Shown here: positions 55,775-63,865 of the stretch, piece after piece
Layout: each line of letters begins with the position of its first letter
How positions within the stretch are numbered: the stretch's first letter is position 1
DNA from: an uncultured delta proteobacterium
GTDB taxonomy: Bacteria > Myxococcota_A > Polyangia > Polyangiales > Houyiibacteriaceae
DNA: 64,000 nucleotides
Reading direction: 5' to 3'
Assembly (NCBI GenBank): GCA_963712235.1
Contig: CAVQHC010000017.1
Span: 142,348-206,347 of the forward strand
Translations under genes and position numbers: made by a program
The notes under the pieces: model-generated
What the model was told of the DNA's origin: nothing
Databases searched by the model: none
The model's input: the letters and a program-made list of their open reading frames with translations, nothing else

Positions 55775-57199
55775 CTAAAACGGATACGACTGCAGGGTGT
55801 CGAGGGCCATGGTCATGAGCATCTGCACCGCTTCGGGGCTGTCGAGGGGGATGCCTGCAGCGCCGCCCCCGTAGATCGCGGAGCTTTGCGGCTTGGCGTC
55901 GCGGTGCTCGTGGGCGTAGGCGACCGCCTCCGCGAGGTCCACTGCGAAGGCGTCGGCAATTCCGGTCCGTGTTTGGGGCCGGGTCACGCACATGTGAATT
56001 GCGGACGGGTGCTGCTGCCCGTTGAATCGCCAGCCACGGGTCTTCATGAAGTCGTTGACGTGGTAGATGTCGAATTCATCCGACCGAAACGAGAAGCAGA
56101 ATGTCGGTGAGCCCATCAACGCAAGCTCGGGGAAGCTCTTGACTGAGCCCTGCATCTCGAACGAGGTTTCGAAGATCTGCTTGGCGTAGCGCAGATACCC
56201 TTCTTTGCCATAGCGCACCATGGCGGCCCAGGTCGCCGCGATGAGGCCGCCGGAACGGCTGCCGGCCAGCCCATTGGACGCGTAGATACCGCCCTTCCAG
56301 CTCGGCTCGATGTAGTACTGATGCTTGCGGAAAGTCGCGTCGCGGTAGACCACGACCGAGGTGCCCTTGAGGCCGTAGCCGTACTTGTGGGTGTCGGCGG
56401 AGATCGAGGTCACGCCTGGCAAACGGAAATCAAAGGCGGGGATGTCATAGCCGAGCGCTTCGCCCCACGGCAGGATGAAACCGCCAAGACAGCCGTCGAC
56501 GTGCAGGCCGATGCCGTGCTGCACCGCCAAGTCCGAGAGTGCATCGATGGGGTCGATGGTGCCGTACGGGTAATTGCCCGCCGAGCCGACGAGGGCGATG
56601 GTCCTGTCGTCGATCTGGTCGCGCACGAAGTCCACGTCGACCAGGGTGCTGACGGGATCGGTCGGTGCGTGGACGACCTCGATCCCGAGCAGTTGCGCGC
56701 CTTTGCGGAAGGCCGGGTGAGCGGTGTCCGGGACGATGACCTTGGGACGATCGATGTCACGCTCCTCGCGAGCCTTGTCGCGGTAGATGAGCAAGGGGTT
56801 GATGATGCTCTCGGTGCCGCCAAAACCGACGGCGCCGCAAGCCTCGTGAGCGGGGTTCTGCTTTTTGACCTCGTCGCCGTGCATCAGGTCGAGGGTCATC
56901 GCGATGATGTCCGACTCGAACCGCGTCATGCTGGGGCAGATGTCGCGCTGCAGCGAGTTCACGTAAGAAAAAAGCGCGCAGACCGCGTTCAGGAAATCGT
57001 AGTGCTCGTGGTCGCCGCTGTACATCGTGCCCGAGCATCGGCCGTTTTCCCAGGCTTCGTCCTCTTTGGCCGCGACGGAGCGGAGCTCTTCGAGGATCGC
57101 CTCGGTCGAACGCCCCAACGAGGGGAAGTCGCGGATCACACCGTGGCTTTCCGCGTAGGGGTAGAGGCCTCGCATCAAGGATTCAATCGTGTCGGTCAT
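55775..57199 (-). CDS. PLP-dependent sphingosine-1-phosphate-lyase-like enzyme (group II decarboxylase fold)
   Basis: GFGGTESI and VTSISADTHKYGYGLKGTSVVVYRD...PSWKGGIYASNGLAGSRSGG parallel the eukaryotic S1P lyase active-site region (SADTHKYG..KG... GGIYASP..AGSRPG). Confidence 0.85.
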   Translation of the reverse strand: MTDTIESLMRGLYPYAESHGVIRDFPSLGRSTEAILEELRSVAAKEDEAWENGRCSGTMYSGDHEHYDFLNAVCALFSYVNSLQRDICPSMTRFESDIIAMTLDLMHGDEVKKQNPAHEACGAVGFGGTESIINPLLIYRDKAREERDIDRPKVIVPDTAHPAFRKGAQLLGIEVVHAPTDPVSTLVDVDFVRDQIDDRTIALVGSAGNYPYGTIDPIDALSDLAVQHGIGLHVDGCLGGFILPWGEALGYDIPAFDFRLPGVTSISADTHKYGYGLKGTSVVVYRDATFRKHQYYIEPSWKGGIYASNGLAGSRSGGLIAATWAAMVRYGKEGYLRYAKQIFETSFEMQGSVKSFPELALMGSPTFCFSFRSDEFDIYHVNDFMKTRGWRFNGQQHPSAIHMCVTRPQTRTGIADAFAVDLAEAVAYAHEHRDAKPQSSAIYGGGAAGIPLDSPEAVQMLMTMALDTLQSYPF

Positions 57200-58758
57200 G
57201 GCTCACTCCCAACGTTCAGCGCTCGAAACACGGAACGATTCTTCCTGAACGCGCGGACGAACTGCGCAAACATCGAATCATAGCGCGCGGCGAGCTCTGG
57301 CCGCGGCGCATAGGTCGCCGCAACCGGTACGCTCGCCTGCATCTCTTCCAGGCTGAGCTCGCCTAGATGGTGAAAGCCGAGCAGCGCAAGTCCGCGGCAT
57401 GCGGCGTACTCCGGCTCGCGGAGTTGCTCTACTGGAAGCTGGAGGATGTCGGCAAAGATCTGCGCCCAGATCGACGAGAGTGCGCCTCCGCCGTAAAACC
57501 GGATGCGCGAAATGTCCCGCTTGGCAAAGCGAGCGACCCGCCCTTGAACCCATCGGAGGTTGAAGGCCACACCCTCGAGCACCGCCCGGCCTAGATGCTC
57601 GCGTGTCGTTTGAAGGGAAAGATTCAAAAAGCCGCCGCGTACCTTGCCGTCTTCGGCGGGCGTCACCGAACCGGTCAGCCAGGGTAGAAAGAGGACGCCG
57701 CCACTGCCCGGGTCGATCGCCGCGACCGCGCGAGCCAAAACCGAGAACGGCTCGGCGAGGCTATGGTCACCGAAGTCGTCCTTCGCGAAGACGAGACGCT
57801 CGAGGAAGTAGTCCAAGGCGCCGCCACCGATTCCCGCTTCGGCCATGACGAAGTATCGGCCGGGGAACGGGGATGGCATGCTCACCAGCGAGTTCAGGGT
57901 ATCGGTTCTCTTGAAGTCGACGTGGGTGACACAGACTCCGGTCGTGCCGATCGAGATGCCGGCGTGGTCGCCGGCAAATGCCGCTGCGCCAACGCCGCCG
58001 GCCTGCGTGTCGTTGATCGAAGGAAAGACGAGCGTGTCTTCTGCAAGCCCGAGCCGTTCGGCGACCTCGGGGAGCACCGGCCCGAGCGGCTCGTCGACGG
58101 GAACGAGCTTCGGCAGCTTTCGGGGATCGAGGCCGGACCATTCGAGCAAGGTCGGGTGGTAGACCACATCGGAACGCCGGTTGTCGGTCAGCAACATCAG
58201 GAAGCTGGAGCAACGGTTGGTGACCGGCCGGCCCGATAGGCGCATCGCCACATAGTCCATGGGCTCGACGAACGTTGCCGTCCGTTCGTAGACGTCGGGG
58301 CGCGCGAGCTTGAGCCAGCGCATGTGGGCAAGGGAGTCCGCGCCCGAGTCGAGCGGAGGGATGCCGTGAATCTGCACCCAGCGCCCCATTTGATAGAGAT
58401 TCGGCTTCATGCGCTGGCCGCCCGGCAGCTTCTTCAGGCGCGCCGGCGCGCCGCGCTGATCCATCCACACGACCATGTTGGCGGTGGGACGACCGTCGCG
58501 GTCTACTGGAACGATCGAGGAGTATTGGCTCGCGCAGGCGATGCCGCGGACCTCGCGCCGGTTCGGCAGGGATGCGAGTGCCTGGTCGGCGGCATCGAGG
58601 ACGGTCTGCCAGACCTGCTCTGCATCTTGCTCGGCGCCGCCGTCTGGGGTGTGAATGGTCTCAATCGATCCGCTTCCGGTGCCGAGCAGCGTCCCGTGGC
58701 GATCGACGACGGCTGCCTTGACGTTCGAGGTGCCAAGATCGATGGCTAGAATCGGCAA
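57196..58758 (-). CDS. FGGY-family kinase (xylulokinase/glycerol-kinase-like)
   Basis: The N-terminus ILAIDLGTSNVKAAVVD plus a GGGALS region. TTG start with a GGAGGTGG RBS. The stop overlaps the lyase start (ATGA at 57196-57199). Confidence 0.85.
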   Translation of the reverse strand: MPILAIDLGTSNVKAAVVDRHGTLLGTGSGSIETIHTPDGGAEQDAEQVWQTVLDAADQALASLPNRREVRGIACASQYSSIVPVDRDGRPTANMVVWMDQRGAPARLKKLPGGQRMKPNLYQMGRWVQIHGIPPLDSGADSLAHMRWLKLARPDVYERTATFVEPMDYVAMRLSGRPVTNRCSSFLMLLTDNRRSDVVYHPTLLEWSGLDPRKLPKLVPVDEPLGPVLPEVAERLGLAEDTLVFPSINDTQAGGVGAAAFAGDHAGISIGTTGVCVTHVDFKRTDTLNSLVSMPSPFPGRYFVMAEAGIGGGALDYFLERLVFAKDDFGDHSLAEPFSVLARAVAAIDPGSGGVLFLPWLTGSVTPAEDGKVRGGFLNLSLQTTREHLGRAVLEGVAFNLRWVQGRVARFAKRDISRIRFYGGGALSSIWAQIFADILQLPVEQLREPEYAACRGLALLGFHHLGELSLEEMQASVPVAATYAPRPELAARYDSMFAQFVRAFRKNRSVFRALNVGSEP

Positions 58759-58770
58759 ACCACCTCCGGA

Positions 58771-59421
58771 CTACTGTTCGATGCAATAGAGGCCTAGCAA
58801 AGTGGAGCAGGCCGGAGTGATGTTCTCGGTCCAGGTCGACGTCGTCGAGTTGCTCGCGCCGCATAGGGCGACGACGGCCATGGAGTCCGTCGTGAAAGCT
58901 GCGCAGTCACTGCTGGGATACGAGTCGCCCGTGGCGAGGGTTCCGGTCCAAATCTCGCCGCGGCGGAACACGCCGTTCGCGTCCAGGTCGATCGGAGCGA
59001 GGATCGAGCCGTCGACGAGATCGGCCCAGTCGTCGGCCACCCTGGTCCCGTCCACGAGGACGTACGGGCCGCTGGCTTGGGTTACGCGATTCGCGACAGG
59101 CGAGGCGATCGTCGAGAGCCAGGCTTTGAACTCGCCGTCGAGACCTGCGGCCAGGGCTTGCGCCGCGCAGATCGCATCGGCGCCGGCGATGCCGCCGAGG
59201 TTCGCGCTCTGGTTGGTGTCGGTTCGAAAGATCCGCCGCTCGGCCGTGCCGGCGTCAGGGCCAGCGTCAGGGCCAGCGTCAGGGCCAGCGTCAGGGCCGG
59301 CGTCAGGGCCAGCGTCAGTGGCTGCGTCAGGCCCAGCGCCGGTGACGGCATCTGTGCCCGTACAGGCGGGGGATGCGGTCATGGCAAGGGCGAGAAGGAG
59401 GTTGAGCACGCTGCGTTTCAT
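58771..59421 (-). CDS. lipoprotein with (DAGP)n linker and endostatin-like / DUF1554-type domain
   Basis: Signal [20 protein letters not shown] (ATG 59421). [29 protein letters not shown]...SDCAAFTT...[13 protein letters not shown] aligns by eye with endostatin ([32 protein letters not shown]...SYCETWRT...SCHHAYIVLCIEN), including all four Cys. Confidence 0.6.
   Translation of the reverse strand: [216 protein letters not shown]
59249..59330. repeat. 12-bp tandem repeat (GCGTCAGGGCCR) encoding (DAGP)n on the minus strand
   Basis: Read directly: GGCGTCAGGGCCAGCGTCAGGGCCAGCGTCAGGGCCAGCGTCAGGGCCGGCGTCAGGGCCAGCGTCAG... Confidence 0.9.
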
Positions 59422-59464
59422 TCGTGTCCTTTCGCACGCTACGTGCTTCGGAACAACCACCGGC

Positions 59465-59917
59465 CTAGCCGAGCGGGTCCACTCGTAGGCGCGTGAGCTT
59501 GAGCTTGCTGATGCGCCAGCTGCCCTTCTCTTTGCGGTACTCCTCGTGGTAGTGGCCGTAGCCGCGGATGCCGCGTGAGGGTTTGAACTCGACGTAGTCT
59601 TCCATGGCCCAGACCCCTTGCGCGTCGCTTGGGCTGAGCAGCTCGATCTCGGGCATGTGGCCGTGGTGGACGGTGGTCGCTCTGCCGACGGCCTTGCGAA
59701 TGAAGTCCACGACTTCCGCCCGGCCCACAATGGTGCCACCGGGAGCGTGCTTGTCGTGCGAGACGTCGACGACGACGTCGTCGGTGAATACCTGCGAGAA
59801 CGGCAGCCACTGCTTGGTATCCATCAATCGGAAGTAGCGAGCCTTGAGCTGCTTTATCGCCTCGAGCTCCAGGAGTTGCTCGGCGGGGGAGAGAGCCAGG
59901 TTTTCTGGGTCTGACAT
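59465..59917 (-). CDS. NTF2-like / SnoaL-like superfamily protein
   Basis: 150 aa. The N-terminal helix LLELEAIKQLKARYFRLMDTKQW and overall size are typical of SnoaL_4-type proteins. Confidence 0.55.
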   Translation of the reverse strand: MSDPENLALSPAEQLLELEAIKQLKARYFRLMDTKQWLPFSQVFTDDVVVDVSHDKHAPGGTIVGRAEVVDFIRKAVGRATTVHHGHMPEIELLSPSDAQGVWAMEDYVEFKPSRGIRGYGHYHEEYRKEKGSWRISKLKLTRLRVDPLG

Positions 59918-60005
59918 AGGACGAGATTACAGCAGACGGTTGCGCTTTGGGAGCGCGGTCTCTGCTCCCGGTGCTGAGACAGAAGGTGAAGAAGCGGATT
60001 TCGGG

Positions 60006-60437
60006 CTAGTTGTCGTCTCGTCGAACGCGGGCTCGGTGTTTCTTCTTCTCACTTTGACGGCGCTTGTCTTGAAGCCGGCGACGCTTCTGGGACTTCGATG
60101 GCTTCGTCGCGACGCGACGCTTGGGAACGACGAGCGCTTTGAGAATCAATCGACGCAGGCTTGCGCGCGCCCGCTCGAGATTCTGGCGCTGCGAGCGTTC
60201 GGCCTGAGCGCTGATCAGAATTCCTCCTTCGGCGTCCAGGCGACGACCTGCAAGCTTGCGCAGGCGCCGCTTCTGAGCTTGGGTCAACGCAGCCGTTCCA
60301 TCGAGGTCAAAGCGAAGAATGACCTTCGTCGCAACCTTATTCACGTTCTGGCCGCCAGGGCCGGACGAGCGGGCAGCGTTCCACGAGAGGTCGCCGCTGG
60401 GAATGCTCAGCTGGTCATGGATCGCGAGGCCCTTCAT
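60006..60437 (-). CDS. arfB: alternative ribosome-rescue factor ArfB (peptidyl-tRNA hydrolase, GGQ)
   Basis: Contains SSGPGGQNVNKVATKV, followed by a Lys/Arg-rich C-terminal tail (KRRRLQDKRRQSEKKKHRARVRRDDN). Confidence 0.85.
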   Translation of the reverse strand: MKGLAIHDQLSIPSGDLSWNAARSSGPGGQNVNKVATKVILRFDLDGTAALTQAQKRRLRKLAGRRLDAEGGILISAQAERSQRQNLERARASLRRLILKALVVPKRRVATKPSKSQKRRRLQDKRRQSEKKKHRARVRRDDN

Positions 60438-60467
60438 GCTTGCCCCGCTCGATATGCCTCGCCGTGC

Positions 60468-61607
60468 TCAGGGTCGCCAGCTCAGGGCGATCTGGTTTGG
60501 GACCTGCGCGAGGGTGTTGTAGGCGTCTCGGTAGAGCTTCAGGTCGCGCGCCGGCGAGGACCTGTGCATTGATTTGCAAGGCCAAACCCGGGCGGGGTCG
60601 CGCGCGAGCGATGCCCCGGGTGTCGCGACCCAAACTAGGGTGCCGCGTAGGTGTACAGTCGCCGTCGTGCCCGGGGGCCTGAGCTCGAGCCAGAGGGTGG
60701 CGTTCTTTGGCGGCGGGTCGAGCGTTCGCACATAGATCCCGGTCTGGCTCATGTTGTAGGTCAGGCCGTACTCGGGGGAGAACTCACCCTCCGTTCGAAA
60801 GCTGCAGATCGTATCGAACAAGTATCGGGGCGACTGCCGTCCCTGACGGCAACCGTCTCTCAGCAAGTCGTTTGCCAAAAAGAGCAGGTGGTCGTGAGGG
60901 GCGTTTTCCGAGATGGTGGCCGAGTGCGGGAACTCGGCGTCCAGCATGATTCGAGTCGACGCCGTCGCTGAGACAACGACAAAACGCGTCTTCGGCGCAC
61001 TGGCCGCCCGCCTGGCTTCTTCAATCTTAGTCACAGGCAGGAGCTGGTCGGACACGACGACCAGATCTGGCTCCAGCTCCGATGCCATGGCGGCTATGAT
61101 TTCGTTCGCATCGACCGCAAAGTGCACATCGAAGCAGGCCTGGCGAAGCACGCGTCCGAGAAGCCGTCGATATTCGTCGACGTGATGACTGATCACAACA
61201 CGACCTCGGGAGACCGGTGGACGCGCAGTCGGATCAAAATTTTGAAGGTTCGCGATGCGGCGGGTGACGCCCCCAACGTTCGAACGCAGGATCACATCGT
61301 CCGCTCCCTTTCGGTACGCTTGCACGAAGGAGGCATCGCGGAGGTCCGTGACCATCGCGATCACCGGTGTCGGAAACAGGAAAGGATCCTCGCGAATCCA
61401 GGTCGTCGTCGTCTCGAGCTCCCCGGTCTCACCATCGACGAAAATACACTTCGGACGCAGCTCGGAAATATCGTCTTGCGAACCTACGATGGTCCTCGAC
61501 ACGTAGGAACCGGAGTTCGCTCGCTCGACGGCCCTTCGAAGCATGGCGCCCTGCGCGCGATCGAACGTTCCGATCAAAGCAGGGCTTCCGAAGTCTCGCG
61601 CTTCCAT
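60468..61607 (-). CDS. PilZ-domain protein with two degenerate receiver-like N-terminal domains
   Basis: The C-terminal PilZ motifs are RQSPR (RxxxR) and NMSQTG ((D/N)xSxxG), within ...ICSFRTEGEFSPEYGLTYNMSQTGIYVRT. The upstream flavodoxin-like segments lack clear phospho-acceptor motifs. Confidence 0.55.
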   Translation of the reverse strand: MEARDFGSPALIGTFDRAQGAMLRRAVERANSGSYVSRTIVGSQDDISELRPKCIFVDGETGELETTTTWIREDPFLFPTPVIAMVTDLRDASFVQAYRKGADDVILRSNVGGVTRRIANLQNFDPTARPPVSRGRVVISHHVDEYRRLLGRVLRQACFDVHFAVDANEIIAAMASELEPDLVVVSDQLLPVTKIEEARRAASAPKTRFVVVSATASTRIMLDAEFPHSATISENAPHDHLLFLANDLLRDGCRQGRQSPRYLFDTICSFRTEGEFSPEYGLTYNMSQTGIYVRTLDPPPKNATLWLELRPPGTTATVHLRGTLVWVATPGASLARDPARVWPCKSMHRSSPARDLKLYRDAYNTLAQVPNQIALSWRP

Positions 61608-61913
61608 ACCCCCAGACTAACGGAGCCGTCGCCCCCCCTCCAAACGGACGCCAGAAGGCAGGGGCCCGTCCTTCGGAGACAAGATCCGGCCAGCAACGCT
61701 TTGGTCGATTTTCGGACCTAAAACGACCGAAGCGGCGGGACGGGCCTGGTGCGGTGGAAAGCGTGGCCGAGGGCGAGGTCGCCGCGCAGATCGGACGTCT
61801 GGGGGCATTCTTGCCGCGCGGAGCTTTTCTGCATTGACCGGGTAAACGTCGACGTTTCATTCTGCGCGTCGCTTCGGTCGTTGAGCGGGTTGGAGCCCTG
61901 GAAGGAGACGAGG

Positions 61914-62357
61914 ATGCAGACGACAGAGCTCACGATGACGCTCGACGGGACGACATTCCGCGGGCGCGTCCGTCGCTCGACGAACGAGACAAGCTCTCAG
62001 CGCGGCTCGGAAATCCGACCGCGAGAGCGACGCGCCTTCGACGCGAAAGTCGCGCAGAGCATTTTCGTCCACAAGCTTTGTGGGCCCGAAGCGTTTAAGT
62101 TCTGCAGGCTCTTCTGCGCGATGAGCGTCGAGACCATCGCCGGCCTACTTCAAGTCGACCCGAGCACCGTGCAACGGTGGGAGAACCAGGAGAGCGAGAC
62201 CCCCGCGTGGGCGATGCTGTTGGTGTCGAAGATCGGGGAAGAGAGCTCCAGGGGGCGCACCTCGACGCATACCTGGCTCCGGCAGCTCGCGGACGACACG
62301 GGGAGGCCGACGGAGATCGACGTCGATTCCTTGCGATCAGCGACGCTCGAGCGATAG
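61914..62357 (+). CDS. hypothetical protein with XRE-like helix-turn-helix
   Basis: ATG at 61914 preceded by GAAGGAGACGAGG. The HTH-like segment is MSVETIAGLLQVDPSTVQRWENQE. Confidence 0.35.
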   Translation: MQTTELTMTLDGTTFRGRVRRSTNETSSQRGSEIRPRERRAFDAKVAQSIFVHKLCGPEAFKFCRLFCAMSVETIAGLLQVDPSTVQRWENQESETPAWAMLLVSKIGEESSRGRTSTHTWLRQLADDTGRPTEIDVDSLRSATLER

Positions 62358-62456
62358 CCCGTCGCGGACGCGCGCGATCGACCAATGGAGTCGATATTCG
62401 GGGTGCACTCGAGATGGCTAGCGGGTAACTTCTGGCTCCGGAGGGAGCTGTAGCTG

Positions 62457-62953
62457 ATGTTCAACCCGAAAAGAATCATTCCGAACTTGGCCGTGGCGGC
62501 CTTGGCCCTGACCGGTTGCGGCGAAACAGACAGCCTGGACGGGTTCGGTCTACTGGCGGGACTGGCGGCACTGCGGGGACCGGGGGCACTGCAGGGACCG
62601 GCGGAACTGTGGGGACCGGCGGAACTGTGGGGACCGGCGGGACGGGTGGCTCGAACGGTACAGGCGGAACGAGCGGAACCGGGGGCACGAATGGGACGAC
62701 CCTGGCCAGCTCGCTGCAAGCATTTTGCATGAAACTGATCGAGTGTTTTCCCGGCTACTACGACAACACCGAAGACTGCGTCAGCTACCTGACCACGGCC
62801 TATTACTTAGACGGACCCATCAGCAGCGAATGCGAAGCCGCGGCCATCAGCTACTTCCAATGCGGCGCGCCGCTGACCTGTCAGGAGCTCGCAAACCCCG
62901 AAGGAAACAGCTGCGACGACGAGTTCAACGCCGCAGCCCAGGCGTGCAGCTAG
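62457..62953 (+). CDS. lipoprotein with Gly/Thr-rich linker and Cys-rich C-terminal domain, with an apparent frameshift near 62520-62550
   Basis: The signal plus lipobox MFNPKRIIPNLAVAALALTGC is in frame 0 (ORF 62457..). GGTGGTAGTGG...SSLQAFCMKLIECFPGYYDNTEDCVSYL...NSCDDEFNAAAQACS is in the -1 frame (ORF 62516..62953), which has no signal peptide of its own. Confidence 0.45.
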
Positions 62954-62972
62954 GAGCGCAGCCGGACGCTCG

Positions 62973-63839
62973 ATGATCATCGTCACCGGCACGAAACGCT
63001 CGGGCACCTCGATGTGGATGCAGCTCCTCACGGCCGCAGGCTTTCCTCCCATCGGCGACGCGTTCCCTCGCAACTGGGAGACCACCCTGAAGGATGCGAA
63101 TCCCGGTGGCTTCTGGGAGTCCGAGCTGCGCCGTGGGATCTTCTACCAGACCAACCCTGACCCGAAGACAGGGACGTACCTCTTTCCGGAGCAGACGGAG
63201 CGGCACGCAGTCAAAGTGTTCATTCCTGGGCTCCTCAAGACCGACCGCGCGTTCATTGGCAAAGTCGTCGCAACGATTCGCCCCTGGCGGCAGTATGTCA
63301 GCTCCGTCAATCGGCTCTACGCGATCGAGATCGAAGCGAAGCAAGCCGCACGCAAGGACACGAGCAAGCCACTGCCGCCCCCCGTAGTCATGTCGCCGAT
63401 TGTCGAGTGGTGGGTCGAGAATTTTTCGTTGATCAGTGACATCGTGACGCGTCGCTATCCGTTCTACATGGTGGCCTACGACTCGGTGCTGGACGCTCCC
63501 GAAGAGACGCTGCATGCAATCTTCCACTGGCTTGGAGAGGGCGACGCCAAGGCCGCGATCCAAAAGGTCGAGCCCAGGCTGCGGACACAGGATCGCGAAT
63601 CCCCCCCAGAGGTACGCGAAGAAGAAGACAGCCTGCAGCCCGAAGTCATCGAGGTCTTCGACGCGCTCTACGACCTCGTCTTGAAGCAGGCTCCGCTCGA
63701 ACAGGCCTTTGTCGATCGCCTCAACGAGACCAACGAAGCGCTCGGCTCGAAAATCGAAGAAGCCGTGAAGGAGGTTGCAGCGGCGCGGCTCGAACGAAAA
63801 CGCTTCTTGGAAGAGCTACGCAAGCCTGGAATTGACTAG
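62973..63839 (+). CDS. sulfotransferase-family protein (putative)
   Basis: The N-terminal IIVTGTKRSGTSMW resembles the 5'-PSB loop (PKSGTTW). ...MVAYDSVLDAPEETLHAIFHWLG is typical of bacterial sulfotransferase C-terminal regions. Confidence 0.5.
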   Translation: MIIVTGTKRSGTSMWMQLLTAAGFPPIGDAFPRNWETTLKDANPGGFWESELRRGIFYQTNPDPKTGTYLFPEQTERHAVKVFIPGLLKTDRAFIGKVVATIRPWRQYVSSVNRLYAIEIEAKQAARKDTSKPLPPPVVMSPIVEWWVENFSLISDIVTRRYPFYMVAYDSVLDAPEETLHAIFHWLGEGDAKAAIQKVEPRLRTQDRESPPEVREEEDSLQPEVIEVFDALYDLVLKQAPLEQAFVDRLNETNEALGSKIEEAVKEVAAARLERKRFLEELRKPGID

Positions 63840-63865
63840 CGGCGGTCCCCCGGTAGCATCCTGTA

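Noticed and set aside
60468-60640. Possible compensating frameshifts at the C-terminus of the PilZ protein, since an alternative frame reads ...RPGLALQINAQ..., vaguely like the GFGLQF end of PilZ domains.
   Set aside because: The similarity is too weak. The main frame ends plausibly (PARDLKLYRDAYNTL), and I cannot support an indel from sequence alone.
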